Source: a virus. Taken from it: 64,000 nt of DNA. Below the pieces are notes generated by a model that saw only the letters and a list, made by a program, of their open reading frames with translations, did not search any database and was not told the DNA's origin. Numbering within the stretch: position 1 is the stretch's first letter; each line of letters begins with the position of its first letter. Below are positions 9,611-20,565 of this stretch, piece after piece. A program made the translations under genes and the position numbers. The stretch covers positions 32,001 through 96,000 of IMG/VR virus record IMGVR_UViG_3300034122_002202; one strand, 5' to 3'.

Positions 9611-12600
9611 ATGTCTAATTGTATTGATCCATTAAACATAAACTTTAAACCATCTTATGAGGGAGAACTTTTACTGTTGGGGGCATGTTCCTATACTGCA
9701 ACAGAAAAAGATGGGAATTTAATTTGGGAAGAGAATGAAGAATTGAAGGTTTATGGGGTTGGTGGTTGTAATTGTAGTGTATCACCACCACCAATATCAG
9801 ATGAAAATTTAAATCCAATACTTGCAAATTTGCCAACCTCACAAGGACAAATATATTCTACTGGAACATGTTCTGGTAATTGTGCTGAAGGAAGTACTAC
9901 ATGTCAGATTGTTGGTTTTCTTTCTAATGGTACTAATTGTGATATGGGTTGTGGATGGACTACTGAAGGTTGTGCTGAAGGATCAACTACTGAAGCACCA
10001 TTATGTTCTCCTAGTTCTTGCACTTTTAATCTGTCTGAAATTTCACCAGGAATGTATTATTATATGGAAGGCACAACATGTTTGTACGGTTGTATTTGCG
10101 ATGGAGAACGACCAGCTAGTGCAACCGAAGTGTCTCAACCTACAGTTACTTATAATTGTATACCAGCACCTACTAGTACTTCAACTTCAACTTCAAGTAC
10201 TGCTGCACCAACAACTTCAACTACTTGTAATCCAACAAGTTGCAATGGAGTTAATGCATGTTGTAATGGCGTATGTACAAATCTTAATGAAGACCAGAAT
10301 CATTGTGGTGCATGTGATGCCCCTCCATGTGCTGGCCCTTGTTGCGTTGGAATATGTTGTGCAGCAATGGAGTCATGTAGCGATGGAGTTTGTTGTCCAG
10401 CAGGGCAAGAAGGTTGCAATGGGGTGTGTTGTCCAGCAGGGCAAGGATGTTGCGATGGGCAATGTGTGACACTTCAAACTGATGCACATTGTGGTGGTAC
10501 TGGACCAGGAAGGAATGGTTGTGAGCCTTGTCTAGCAGGAAGGACATGTTGTCCTTTTAATGAATCAATAGGTATTTGCATAAATGTAAATGGCACAGAT
10601 TGGAACAATTGTGGTGGGTGTGGTGTTCCATGTCAGACTAATCAAATATGTTGTGATGGGGTGTGTGTTAGTACTGGAACTGCTGAACATTGTGCTGGGT
10701 GTGCTCCTTGTGGAGCTAATGCAACATGTTGTGGTGGTCAATGTCTTAATAATCTACCACAACAAGAATGTAATGCTTTAGTTTGGGCTGCAACTCCTGG
10801 TGGTGATAGTCCAGCATGTTATTCTGTTGGTCCAGCAAATAGTCAATTTGGTTCATGTGCAACTGGAATGCAAGTTGGTAGCAATACTTGTAATCGTCAA
10901 ATTTGTGGCGATTGTCCTTTTGAAGATTATTTAATATGTTCAACAGCATGTACTGCACTTTTAACATCTAATCCCAGTCCATCAGTTGAAGATGGCGATA
11001 CATTTTATTTTAGCACAAAAGCAGATGCAGAAGCTTTTGCTGGTGCAAATACTGGCGATTGTTTTCTTGGGTGGACAAAATTTTCTTCATCTTGTGGTTG
11101 CACTGGTTGTGAAAAGATATATTTAAATAGTCTTCCGTCTGACAGTGGTAGTGCAGGACCATTTAAAACTAAAGGATTTTGTGAATCAACCATAACCTCA
11201 AATGCATGTACAGAAGAAGAACTTCCAAATACTTATGCAGCAGATTTGACAAATAATCAATGTGGCAGTGGTGCTGCTGGTTGTTTTTCAAATGGTGCAT
11301 GTAGATGCCCTGGATCTGAGTGTCTTAGTGGTGGAACAGTTTGTGGGGATGGCGAATCTAATTTTTGTATTGGTGCATCAAGTTGTCAAGTTCAAATTAC
11401 TATAAGTTATAGTGTTAATACTGGTGGTGTAAATGTTCCACAAACATCTACTACTATAGCAAGTGGAACTATGTTGTCTCAGTATTCTCTTGTTCAAGTT
11501 GCAAATGTAATACCAGAAAACATTAATGATACAGTTTATGGTTATTTAAAATTAGAAACAAGCGATACTTTTGTTAATAGCACAGGGCAGAGTTTAGGGG
11601 CGAATGTTACTTCATCTGTTACAATTTTTCAAAACACAATAGAAAGTGAGCTTTCTGGATCGGCAACAGTAACTGTTCTTCCATATTGTCCTGCATCTCC
11701 ACCACCATCGCCCCCATCGCCCCCAAGCCCTAGTCCATCGCCTAGCCCCAGTCCGTCACCTTCACCGAGTCCATCACCTTCGCCATCGCCTTCACCTAGT
11801 CCTAGTCCATCACCTACACCGAGTCCAAGCCCGACTCCTAGTCCATCGCCAACGCCTAGCCCAACACCGAGTCCTACACCAAGCCCGACTCCTAGTCCAA
11901 CGCCTTCACCGACACCGAGTCCAACGCCTAGCCCTACACCTTCACCTAGTCCTACACCTAGTCCATCGCCATCGCCTAGCCCGACTCCAAGCCCAACGCC
12001 AAGCCCGACTCCTAGTCCAACGCCTTCACCTACACCGAGTCCAAGCCCGACTCCTAGTCCAACGCCTTCACCGACACCGAGTCCAACGCCTAGCCCTACA
12101 CCTTCACCTAGTCCTACACCTAGTCCATCGCCATCGCCTAGCCCGACTCCAAGCCCTAGTCCAACCCCTTCACCTACACCGAGTCCTACACCGAGTCCTA
12201 CACCTAGTCCATCGCCATCGCCTAGCCCGACTCCAAGCCCTAGTCCAACCCCTTCACCTACACCGAGCCCTACACCAAGCCCGACTCCTAGTCCAACGCC
12301 TTCACCGACACCGAGTCCAACGCCTAGCCCTACACCTTCACCTAGTCCTACACCTAGTCCATCGCCATCGCCTAGCCCGACTCCAAGTCCAACGCCTAGT
12401 CCAACACCTAGTCCAAGCCCAAGCCCAACGCCTTCACCTACACCGAGTCCAAGCCCGACTCCTAGTCCATCGCCAACGCCTAGCCCAACACCGAGTCCTA
12501 CACCAAGCCCGACTCCTAGTCCAACGCCTTCACCGACACCGAGTCCAACGCCATCGCCTAGCCCGACTCCTAGTCCAACGCCTTCACCTACAACTATTCC

Positions 12601-12856
12601 AAGTCCTTTAATTTACAACATTGATTATTCTGCAAGAACAACAACATCAGTAACAGTTACTTGGCGAAGTGAGATACCATTAACTAGTCGTGTTTTATAT
12701 GGAACAACACAGGTTTTATCTCCATCGACTTATCCAAATTATGGTTATCAAAATTCAACAATAGAAAATACTCAACTAACTACAACACATAGCATTACTG
12801 TCACTGGTCTTTTGCCCAACACAACATATTATTTTAGACCAGTTGGTCATATATAG
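9611..12856 (+). CDS. Cys-rich protein with STIG1-like repeats, Ser/Thr-Pro stalk and C-terminal FN3-like domain
   Basis: About four D..(N/H)CG.C motifs, many other Cys, a stalk of about 300 aa (SP/TP)n, and C-terminal VTVTW...[17 protein letters not shown] (FN3 signature). Confidence 0.8.
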   Translation: MSNCIDPLNINFKPSYEGELLLLGACSYTATEKDGNLIWEENEELKVYGVGGCNCSVSPPPISDENLNPILANLPTSQGQIYSTGTCSGNCAEGSTTCQIVGFLSNGTNCDMGCGWTTEGCAEGSTTEAPLCSPSSCTFNLSEISPGMYYYMEGTTCLYGCICDGERPASATEVSQPTVTYNCIPAPTSTSTSTSSTAAPTTSTTCNPTSCNGVNACCNGVCTNLNEDQNHCGACDAPPCAGPCCVGICCAAMESCSDGVCCPAGQEGCNGVCCPAGQGCCDGQCVTLQTDAHCGGTGPGRNGCEPCLAGRTCCPFNESIGICINVNGTDWNNCGGCGVPCQTNQICCDGVCVSTGTAEHCAGCAPCGANATCCGGQCLNNLPQQECNALVWAATPGGDSPACYSVGPANSQFGSCATGMQVGSNTCNRQICGDCPFEDYLICSTACTALLTSNPSPSVEDGDTFYFSTKADAEAFAGANTGDCFLGWTKFSSSCGCTGCEKIYLNSLPSDSGSAGPFKTKGFCESTITSNACTEEELPNTYAADLTNNQCGSGAAGCFSNGACRCPGSECLSGGTVCGDGESNFCIGASSCQVQITISYSVNTGGVNVPQTSTTIASGTMLSQYSLVQVANVIPENINDTVYGYLKLETSDTFVNSTGQSLGANVTSSVTIFQNTIESELSGSATVTVLPYCPASPPPSPPSPPSPSPSPSPSPSPSPSPSPSPSPSPSPSPSPTPSPSPTPSPSPTPSPTPSPTPSPTPSPTPSPTPSPTPSPTPSPSPTPSPSPSPSPTPSPTPSPTPSPTPSPTPSPSPTPSPTPSPTPSPTPSPTPSPSPTPSPSPSPSPTPSPSPTPSPTPSPTPSPTPSPSPSPSPTPSPSPTPSPTPSPTPSPTPSPTPSPTPSPTPSPTPSPSPTPSPSPSPSPTPSPTPSPTPSPSPSPTPSPTPSPSPTPSPSPTPSPTPSPTPSPTPSPTPSPTPSPTPSPSPTPSPTPSPTTIPSPLIYNIDYSARTTTSVTVTWRSEIPLTSRVLYGTTQVLSPSTYPNYGYQNSTIENTQLTTTHSITVTGLLPNTTYYFRPVGHI
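11696..12592 (+). repeat. (Ser/Thr-Pro)n mucin/extensin-like repeat
   Basis: GC-rich tract with three near-exact copies of about 110 bp starting near 11881, 12043 and 12277. Confidence 0.95.
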
Positions 12857-12865
12857 GAGTTTAAA

Positions 12866-15800
12866 ATGAGTTGTTCTCAAAGTTGTACTTATTCATTCGA
12901 CACTTACTCAGGATATTGGGTTCTTGTAAACCCATGCAGTGAAGGTAGTTGTGTGTGTCCACCATCACCTCAAAGGGTTGGAACTCTTGGTGAGCAGGTA
13001 ACTTATGATTGTATACCAGATGGATCAGGAGATGATGGTTGTTTTCCATCATGTGGCGAAGGTCTTACTTGTTGTGCTTTTCAAGATGTAATACCAGGAC
13101 CATTTGCATATGAATGTGTAAATTTGTTAACAAATGATCAAAATTGTGGCAGTTGTGACAATTGGATAATTGGCACAATCTGTTGTAATGGTGTTCAAAA
13201 ATATTATTTGACTGATGAAAACAACTGTGGAACTTGTGGTCATGTATGTGCTCCAGATGAACATTGTTGTGGGGGTGCATGTGTTCCTAGATTACAAAGA
13301 TGGAATTGCTCAACTTGTGGCACAGTTTGTGAAAATAATGAAACATGTTGTAATAGTGGTTGTTCAAATATTTGGTATGATGCAGCAAATTGTGCTGGTT
13401 GTGAAAATGCTTGTCCTCCTGGTCAAATATGCAATCTTGGCGTATGTACGCCTCCCTGTCCTACTGGTACTCATCCATGTGCTGGAGAGTGCGTTTCAGA
13501 TAATGCAGAATGTGATGTCTGTAATAATTCATGCGTATACCCTTTGGGATGTTGCAATAATCAATGTGTCAATGTAAATACAGATAATTCAAATTGTGGT
13601 AGCTGTGGAAATATTTGTCCTATTGGTCAAATATGTTGTAATGGAAATTGTATAGATCCTCTAACAGATAGTTCAAATTGTGGTGATTGTGGAATAGTTT
13701 GTGAAGCAGGAAGACTCTGTTGTGATGGGCAATGCGTAACACTTAATACTAATGCAAATTGTCGTGGTTGTGGAATTACTTGTGCTGAAGAAGAAGAATG
13801 TTGTGGCAATGGTTGCACAAATACTTTAACTGATAATTCAAATTGTGGTGCTTGTGGAACTGTTTGTGGTACTGGAACGGCTTGCTGTAATGGAATCTGT
13901 ATAGATATCTTAGAAAACGATGCAAATTGTGGTGCTTGTGGAGTAACCTGTGGCGTAGGAGAAGCATGTTGTGACGGAAGCTGTATAGATATATTAAGCG
14001 ATGAATTACATTGTGGTGGTTGCACTGCTTGTGCTCAAGATGAAATGTGTTGCGATGGAATATGTAAAGAAGTATTAACAGATAGATTAAATTGCGGTAG
14101 CTGTGGAACTATTTGTCAGGGAATATGTTGCAATGGAATTTGTATAGATCAAACAATAGATAATGCTAATTGTGGTGATTGTGGAGTAGTTTGTGCAGCA
14201 GGAAGAACTTGTTGTGAGGGTCAATGCGTTTTAGATTCAGTTGCTCTATGTTGTGTAAATCCAGTTTCTTTACAGAAAAAAATAACATATTTTAAAGGTG
14301 ATAATAATAATTGTGGCAGTTGTGGAAATGTCTGTGCTATAGGAGAAACATGTTGTGATGGTCAATGTAAAAATATAAGTACTGACAATGATAATTGTGG
14401 TGCTTGTACATGGGATTGTCTTCCTCCTGCTACATGTATAGAGGGAGAATGTACCAGTCCATTTTGTGGCGGTTCATATATTCCTTGTGCGAGTGATGAA
14501 TTTGGTGATCCCTATGCGTGTTGTTTTGGAGAATGTAAAGATCTAAATTTAGATTCAGAAAACTGTGGTTCTTGTGGAAATGTTTGTGGTCCTGATGAAG
14601 AATGCTGTAATGGTCAATGTACAAACACTATGGGTGATCCTAATAATTGTGGTGCATGTGATGCTTTTCCATGTGTTGGTTCTTGTTGTTCTGGAGTTTG
14701 TTGTGATCAAGCAGAAAAAGTGTGTTGTTTTGGTGAATGTATAAATTTAAATACAGATTTTTCAAATTGTGGAGATTGTGGAGTTCAATGTGCATCAGGA
14801 GAATATTGTTGTGATGGAATATGCATAAATATAAGAATAGATATTGAAAATTGTGGGGGTTGTGCAACTCCTTGTGCAGAAGGTCAAATATGTGTTGATT
14901 GGGAGTGTGTTAATCAATCGCCTAGTCCAAGCCCCAGTCCATCACCTTCACCGAGTCCTAGCCCTAGTCCATCGCCATCGCCTAGCCCAAGCCCCAGTCC
15001 GTCACCTTCACCGAGTCCTAGCCCTAGTCCATCGCCTTCACCAAGTCCTAGCCCTAGTCCATCGCCATCGCCTAGCCCAAGCCCCAGTCCGTCACCTTCA
15101 CCAAGTCCTAGCCCTAGTCCATCGCCTTCACCAAGTCCTAGTCCAACGCCTTCGCCTACACCTAGCCCAACGCCTTCACCGACTCCAAGTCCAACGCCTA
15201 GCCCAACGCCTTCACCAAGTCCTAGTCCAACGCCTTCACCGACTCCGAGTCCAACACCTAGCCCTAGTCCAACGCCTTCACCGACTCCGAGTCCAACACC
15301 TAGCCCGACTCCTAGTCCAACGCCATCGCCTACACCAAGCCCAACACCTAGCCCGACTCCTTCGCCAACGCCTTCACCGACTCCGAGTCCAACACCTAGC
15401 CCGACTCCTAGTCCAACGCCATCGCCTACACCAAGTCCAACGCCTTCACCGACTCCTAGTCCGACTCCTAGTCCAACGCCTAGCCCTACACCTTCACCTA
15501 GTCCAACGCCTAGCCCAACGCCTAGTCCAACACCGAGTCCTACACCTAGCCCGACTCCAAGCCCAAGCCCAACGCCTTCACCGACACCTAGTCCATCGCC
15601 AACGCCTAGTCCGACTCCAAGCCCAAGCCCAACGCCTTCACCTACACCGAGTCCTACACCTAGCCCGACTCCAACTCCAACACCGACTCCAACGCCAACT
15701 CCTACACCAACTCCAACACCGACACCTACCCCAACGCCTACACCTACTCCTACGCCAACGCCTACTTCAGAAGAATATCTTGGTTATGAAATAGCTGTAT

Positions 15801-16474
15801 TTACATCTAACTTAAATCCTAATCCATCAGAAGGATTTACTTTAGGGGTTAGTCTTTCTTTGGGAAAAAGATATGAAAATTGTCAAAACATATATGCACA
15901 ATTAATAAATGGTGATGGAACAAATTATGGCGTTTCACATTCAACAGGATTTGTAAATCTTACAAACGGAAATTATCTATTTACTGGAATAATACCAACA
16001 TCATTTAGAGGTGCGATTAAGTTTTATTGTGGGTCTGAACTTTTAGGTGCTACTGCAATTAATCCAGAAGAATATGAAAATGTAGATGTTAAAGTAAGTA
16101 CAAGGTGTGCTACTTCTGGAGTAGGAGTTCCAGCATTAACAAATCCAATACCAATTAATCCAGAAGATCCTATAGAACTAAGACTCACAGATGACTACTT
16201 AACAGAAGAATCAAGGTCGATAGACATAACTTCTGTTGATTGGCCAGATCTAACTGGTTCTACTACAGACTTTATGATTGATTCTAGACCAACATTCATT
16301 AAACGAGCACAGCTACTTAATGGAACATCTTTAAGAATTGAACTTAGCAATGAAGAATTAGCACAAATTGGGGCAGGAAGGTGGTCATATGAATTTAGAT
16401 CTACATTATCTAATACCCATATAATTACGCTGTCTGTTGGCAATATAGTTATAGTGCCACCATTTACCGATTAA
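12866..16474 (+). CDS. STIG1-like Cys-repeat protein with Ser/Thr-Pro stalk and C-terminal putative anchor domain
   Basis: About 18 repeats of CC.G.C.....D..NCG.CG..C, a stalk of about 280 aa SP/TP, and two C-terminal beta domains, the last homologous to the protease C-terminus. AGGAG RBS. Confidence 0.85.
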   Translation: MSCSQSCTYSFDTYSGYWVLVNPCSEGSCVCPPSPQRVGTLGEQVTYDCIPDGSGDDGCFPSCGEGLTCCAFQDVIPGPFAYECVNLLTNDQNCGSCDNWIIGTICCNGVQKYYLTDENNCGTCGHVCAPDEHCCGGACVPRLQRWNCSTCGTVCENNETCCNSGCSNIWYDAANCAGCENACPPGQICNLGVCTPPCPTGTHPCAGECVSDNAECDVCNNSCVYPLGCCNNQCVNVNTDNSNCGSCGNICPIGQICCNGNCIDPLTDSSNCGDCGIVCEAGRLCCDGQCVTLNTNANCRGCGITCAEEEECCGNGCTNTLTDNSNCGACGTVCGTGTACCNGICIDILENDANCGACGVTCGVGEACCDGSCIDILSDELHCGGCTACAQDEMCCDGICKEVLTDRLNCGSCGTICQGICCNGICIDQTIDNANCGDCGVVCAAGRTCCEGQCVLDSVALCCVNPVSLQKKITYFKGDNNNCGSCGNVCAIGETCCDGQCKNISTDNDNCGACTWDCLPPATCIEGECTSPFCGGSYIPCASDEFGDPYACCFGECKDLNLDSENCGSCGNVCGPDEECCNGQCTNTMGDPNNCGACDAFPCVGSCCSGVCCDQAEKVCCFGECINLNTDFSNCGDCGVQCASGEYCCDGICINIRIDIENCGGCATPCAEGQICVDWECVNQSPSPSPSPSPSPSPSPSPSPSPSPSPSPSPSPSPSPSPSPSPSPSPSPSPSPSPSPSPSPSPSPSPSPSPSPSPSPTPSPTPSPTPSPTPSPTPSPTPSPSPSPTPSPTPSPTPSPSPTPSPTPSPTPSPTPSPTPSPTPSPTPSPTPSPTPSPTPSPTPSPTPSPTPSPTPSPTPSPTPSPTPSPTPSPTPSPSPTPSPTPSPTPSPTPSPTPSPSPTPSPTPSPSPTPSPTPSPSPTPSPTPSPTPSPTPTPTPTPTPTPTPTPTPTPTPTPTPTPTPTPTSEEYLGYEIAVFTSNLNPNPSEGFTLGVSLSLGKRYENCQNIYAQLINGDGTNYGVSHSTGFVNLTNGNYLFTGIIPTSFRGAIKFYCGSELLGATAINPEEYENVDVKVSTRCATSGVGVPALTNPIPINPEDPIELRLTDDYLTEESRSIDITSVDWPDLTGSTTDFMIDSRPTFIKRAQLLNGTSLRIELSNEELAQIGAGRWSYEFRSTLSNTHIITLSVGNIVIVPPFTD
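13130..14910 (+). repeat. Tandem STIG1-like cysteine repeats (about 28 aa unit)
   Basis: [61 protein letters not shown] and others. Confidence 0.9.
14918..15766 (+). repeat. (SP)n-(TPSP)n-(TP)n stalk repeat
   Basis: Direct reading of the translation. Confidence 0.95.
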
Positions 16475-16479
16475 AATAT

Positions 16480-16492
16480 GGTGTATTATTAA
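16480..16492 (+). promoter_or_regulatory. Putative late-promoter motif GGTGTATTATTAA
   Basis: Intergenic, upstream of 16524. Confidence 0.55.
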
Positions 16493-16523
16493 TTGAAACA
16501 ATACTCTAACCATAGAGGCTATT

Positions 16524-17054
16524 ATGTACTGGCAAGCAGAATTCATAACATTATTGAGAGTTTTACTAGACGATTTAGTTTCTCCACAACTCTATACAGA
16601 CAAACGACTTACGCAAGTAATTGCTGTTGCTGCTCAACTAGTTACTTCAGAATTAAGATTTGCAAATAATTTTCAAGTTGATATTCAAGCACTTACAATT
16701 AATCCTAGTCCAGTAGATAGGGCGACTACTAGAGATGACAACTTTATAAATTTAGTGACTATAAAATCAGCATGTTTAATAGAGCGTGGCGAGACAAGAA
16801 GGGCTGTTGGTCAAGGAATTGCTATTAGAGATGGTAGTTCTTCTATTGACTTGCGTGGAACTATGGATGGTAGAATGAAATTACTAGAAAAGGGTTGGTG
16901 TTCTGTTTACGAAGAAGTTAAACTAGAATATCAAACGGCAAGAGTTGGATTAGTAGCTGGTGCTGCTATAATGAGTCCGTTTAGAATATTTGCTGGTTCT
17001 AGAGATCAAGTTTATTATACTAGCAATGAAGGCAGAACATTTTTCCCAAGATAA
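16524..17054 (+). CDS. Putative head-tail adaptor/neck protein
   Basis: LRVLLDD...YTD..L N-terminal pattern typical of head-tail connector proteins; synteny. Confidence 0.5.
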   Translation: MYWQAEFITLLRVLLDDLVSPQLYTDKRLTQVIAVAAQLVTSELRFANNFQVDIQALTINPSPVDRATTRDDNFINLVTIKSACLIERGETRRAVGQGIAIRDGSSSIDLRGTMDGRMKLLEKGWCSVYEEVKLEYQTARVGLVAGAAIMSPFRIFAGSRDQVYYTSNEGRTFFPR

Positions 17055-17065
17055 GGAGTAGGTAG

Positions 17066-17524
17066 ATGGCAACTCATCATATAATTAATAGCGGTGTGAT
17101 TAAAATTGGATCTTCAACTATTCAACCAACTGAAGGGCATCCTTCTGGAGAAGTAACTACTTACAATAGGGTTGATGTTAGAACATTTTCTGATATTGAA
17201 CCAGTAAATTTAAGTAGAAATTTTGGCTATTACAATGTAGATACTAGCATGAGCGATAGTCTTGAAGATGGTTCTAGTGCTATTGCTGCAACAGGAATTA
17301 GCCAACAAATCTTCCCTGCAAAATCAGGAAGAAATTATTTTTACTTTAAAAACAATTCTACTGGAATTATGCACTTGAATTTTGGTGAAGATGCTGATAC
17401 AACTACATCATATAATTTGGCAGCAAGTCAAGAACTAGTATTTGAAAATGGATTTGTTCCATTGGATGCTGTCAATGTTTATTCAGTTGAGCTATCTGGA
17501 TTGTTTGTTGCAAAACAGGCTTAA
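17066..17524 (+). CDS. Hypothetical virion protein (small beta-sandwich C-terminus)
   Basis: AAGGAG RBS; R.YFYFKNNS...HLNFG pattern; structural context. Confidence 0.5.
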   Translation: MATHHIINSGVIKIGSSTIQPTEGHPSGEVTTYNRVDVRTFSDIEPVNLSRNFGYYNVDTSMSDSLEDGSSAIAATGISQQIFPAKSGRNYFYFKNNSTGIMHLNFGEDADTTTSYNLAASQELVFENGFVPLDAVNVYSVELSGLFVAKQA

Positions 17525-17554
17525 TTTAAGTTTTAGGAAGCTAAAGGAGGATTT

Positions 17555-19354
17555 ATGTTTTTAACTATTGGTATGCCTACATACGATGATTTCGATGGTG
17601 TTTACTTTACACTTCAATCTCTAAAAGCTTATCATGATCTAGAAGGTGTTGAGCTTTTAGTAGTAGATACAAAGCCAAAACTTTGTGAAGACACCAAAAA
17701 ATTGTGCGAAAGTGTTGGTGCTTCCTATTATCATAGACCTGATTGTCAGGGAACAGCACCAGCTAAAAATGCAGTATTTGAACTTGCAAAAGGTAAGTTT
17801 GTTATGTGTGTTGATTGCCATGTTTTGTTAGTCAAAGACTCAATTAAAAAACTTAAAGAGTATTTAAAGCAAAACGAAAATACAAAAAATTTAATTCAAG
17901 GACCACTTCTTTACGATGATCAAAAAAGCACATCTACGCATTTTGATCCAGGCTGGAGAGGTCATATGTATGGAACTTGGGGCAATGATCCTAGAGCTAT
18001 TTCAGAAGAAGAATTTGAAATTCCAATGCAGGGTGGTGGGCTTTATTGCTGTAGAAAAGATGCTTGGCCAAAATTTCATCCAGCATTTCGTGGATTTGGT
18101 TCTGAAGAAGGATACATTCAAGAAAAGTTTAGGCAGAATGGTGGCAAAGCAGTTTGTCTAACATTTTTAAAATGGATACATAGATTTGGCAGACCAAAAG
18201 GTGTTCCATACCCATTATCTGTTGTAGATAGAATTTTTAATTATATTGTTGGTTGGACAGAAATTGGTTGGAATCATAGAGAAGTAATTAATTATTTTAG
18301 TGGTAAAGTAACGCAAGAAGAGCTATTTAAAGCAATTTCTGATTCAGCTAAATTTATTGGCAATCCCACTCCAATAAACTCTTCAGAAAAAAATGCAATT
18401 AAAGTTAAAGCTTATGTTATTGGAAGAGAAAGTGTAACTACTGAAGAATCATTTAAAAAAATTAAATGGACTAAAGAAAAAGAATATATGTTGGGTGCAA
18501 ATTTAAAATCTGTATTAGAAAAATTTATCGCAGAAGGAAATGACTATGCGTTAATATGTAAGGGTAATTTAAGGCTAGAAAAAAATATAAATATAATGAT
18601 TGATTTTTGGCCATTAATTAAAACAGGTCAAGCAAAGATAACTATATTTGATCAGATAAATAAGTCATCTCTAAAGACAAAGCATTCTCAACTTTCTTAT
18701 AAAATTGCAGATATTGACGAACTAGACGATGCACCTTTATATTTTGTTAGCAAAGATTTTGCACAAAAAGTTCTAGATGATTACAAAGAAGGTGCAGAGT
18801 TTTCTTATATTTGTGAAAAAGAAAATATTGTTCCTTTTCTTTATACATTTGAAGAAAACATTCTTAGACTTAGAATGCAATATGTTCCTCTACCTAATGT
18901 TGATGGTGGGCTTTCAGTTGAAGCAGTAAGAGAAATTGTTTGGGCAGCAAGCAACTCGTATTGTTTAGATATAAGCTCAGAAGGTCTACAAACCACCATT
19001 GCTCTTTGCCAAAGGGGTCTTGGAGTAGTTAGAGTAGATGAATATAAAAATAAATCTAAAGAGCAATTACAAACAACAATAAAGAATTTTAGCTATGAAA
19101 ACTTTATTCTTACAGATAAAGAAGATGATTTTCAAGCACCAGAAGAGAACCCTAGAACTCTACTGATTAACTATAAAGGCTTGTCTCAAGAACTTATTGA
19201 TTTTTCATTGGTCAAACAAGAAACATTTTTAAGGTCTAAGGACTGCTTAATTATAGTCAATGCAGACCAAGAAGTTGCAGATATTTATAAAAAATCTGAA
19301 AAACTTAGTGTAATTAATTCATCAGACGATTATTTAATTTTAAAGAAGCTTTAA
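17555..19354 (+). CDS. GT-A glycosyltransferase resembling polypeptide GalNAc-transferases (GT2/GT27-like), with C-terminal extension
   Basis: LTIGMPTYD, LLVVD, AKN...AKGKFVMCVDCH (DxH), PMQGGGL, GFGSEE, QNGG, HRF...PYP; strong AAGGAGG RBS. Confidence 0.8.
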   Translation: MFLTIGMPTYDDFDGVYFTLQSLKAYHDLEGVELLVVDTKPKLCEDTKKLCESVGASYYHRPDCQGTAPAKNAVFELAKGKFVMCVDCHVLLVKDSIKKLKEYLKQNENTKNLIQGPLLYDDQKSTSTHFDPGWRGHMYGTWGNDPRAISEEEFEIPMQGGGLYCCRKDAWPKFHPAFRGFGSEEGYIQEKFRQNGGKAVCLTFLKWIHRFGRPKGVPYPLSVVDRIFNYIVGWTEIGWNHREVINYFSGKVTQEELFKAISDSAKFIGNPTPINSSEKNAIKVKAYVIGRESVTTEESFKKIKWTKEKEYMLGANLKSVLEKFIAEGNDYALICKGNLRLEKNINIMIDFWPLIKTGQAKITIFDQINKSSLKTKHSQLSYKIADIDELDDAPLYFVSKDFAQKVLDDYKEGAEFSYICEKENIVPFLYTFEENILRLRMQYVPLPNVDGGLSVEAVREIVWAASNSYCLDISSEGLQTTIALCQRGLGVVRVDEYKNKSKEQLQTTIKNFSYENFILTDKEDDFQAPEENPRTLLINYKGLSQELIDFSLVKQETFLRSKDCLIIVNADQEVADIYKKSEKLSVINSSDDYLILKKL

Positions 19355-19370
19355 TTGTATAATTATCAGT

Positions 19371-19381
19371 GGTGTATTATA
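19371..19381 (+). promoter_or_regulatory. Putative late-promoter motif GGTGTATTATA
   Basis: Intergenic, starting 15 nt before ATG 19386, with no evident RBS. Confidence 0.55.
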
Positions 19382-19385
19382 CATT

Positions 19386-19907
19386 ATGGGCAAATTATTT
19401 ACATTATCTGATGATGTCAAAAAAATAGCTCAAGATGCTATAGATGACCTAATAGATCAATTGGGCAAGGATTGCCTATTGGTTTATCCTCCACTTCCAA
19501 ATGTTTGTGTTAACTGCGTTATAGATCCAATTGGAAATAAGTCATCAAATCATTGGACTAATGGTGGACCTATGCCATTTCCAAATAACAGTATTTGCCC
19601 TATGTGTGATGGTAGGGGGTATCATTTTTCAGAAACAACAACTCCGATAAAGCTTTTAATATCAAATAGCCCTTCTGATTGGTTTGTTAAAATTCCAGCA
19701 AACATACAGCATCCAGCAGGAACAATTCAGACCAAGGGATATATAAAAGATTTAGCAAATGTTTTGCAGTCAAGAAAAATGATTATGCAAATAAGCTTAG
19801 AGCCAATGATTAGATATACATATGAACTTGCTGGCGAGCCTATTGATCAAGGAAACATAGTGCAAAACAGATATTGGGTTGCTGTATGGAATAGAATAGG
19901 AGCTTAA
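19386..19907 (+). CDS. Putative head-closure/neck protein with Zn-ribbon
   Basis: CVNC...CPMCDGRG motif; position among head-tail genes. Confidence 0.5.
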   Translation: MGKLFTLSDDVKKIAQDAIDDLIDQLGKDCLLVYPPLPNVCVNCVIDPIGNKSSNHWTNGGPMPFPNNSICPMCDGRGYHFSETTTPIKLLISNSPSDWFVKIPANIQHPAGTIQTKGYIKDLANVLQSRKMIMQISLEPMIRYTYELAGEPIDQGNIVQNRYWVAVWNRIGA

Positions 19908-19908
19908 A

Positions 19909-20565
19909 ATGGCTTCTTTTAGATACAATGTTGAGCTTAACCAACAACAATTTGCATTAGCTGTAGCACAAGAACTAAAAGCAATTCTTGATCGAACAAT
20001 CAGTCAGTTAATTAGAAAAATAAGGCCAAGTCTTATTGCCTATATTGAAAACAAATTAAGAAAAGACCCTAATAATACATACTACTCTTTAGATATTGGA
20101 GATTTAAGAAACGATTTTGGCTTTAGGTCAGGACAAAATGCTGGAGAAAGAGTTGTAAAAGCAATATCTGGATCAATTGAACTTACAAAACTTGGACCAA
20201 CTTCAGCAAGTTTGGGCGGGGTTAGATTGCAATTGTTAAAGGGTGGCATAGAATTTTTATTAGATAAAGATTTTGGGGCTTATGATTCAAATGGAAATAC
20301 TGTAGATTGGCTAAGATGGCTATTGACTGCTGGCGACACTATAGTTGTTGCTGATTATCAGGTAATGAAAGACAAGGGTACGCCTTTAAAGGGTTCAAGA
20401 AGTGGTTACGCATTAATGATTTCTCCAAAAATGTCAAAGGGTTTTAGGGTAGACCCAAATCATTCTGGAACAATAGATGATAATTGGATAACTAGGGCAT
20501 TAGCTGCAACAGAAGTAGACATGCTAGCAAAGTTACAACAAGGCTTAGAGGAATTATTAAAATGA
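19909..20565 (+). CDS. Putative neck/tail-completion protein
   Basis: Synteny between head-closure and terminator-like genes; AGGAG RBS. Confidence 0.4.
   Translation: MASFRYNVELNQQQFALAVAQELKAILDRTISQLIRKIRPSLIAYIENKLRKDPNNTYYSLDIGDLRNDFGFRSGQNAGERVVKAISGSIELTKLGPTSASLGGVRLQLLKGGIEFLLDKDFGAYDSNGNTVDWLRWLLTAGDTIVVADYQVMKDKGTPLKGSRSGYALMISPKMSKGFRVDPNHSGTIDDNWITRALAATEVDMLAKLQQGLEELLK

Noticed and set aside
8948-15766. Possible CRISPR array or other non-coding repeats
   Set aside because: All repeats are in-frame coding with codon periodicity; no constant repeat with unique spacers and no cas genes.
8901-15794. Alternate-frame ORFs over TP/SP and Cys repeats (8901..9284, 8917..9282, 9822..10469, 14844..15794)
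   Set aside because: Low-complexity shadows of the main CDS.
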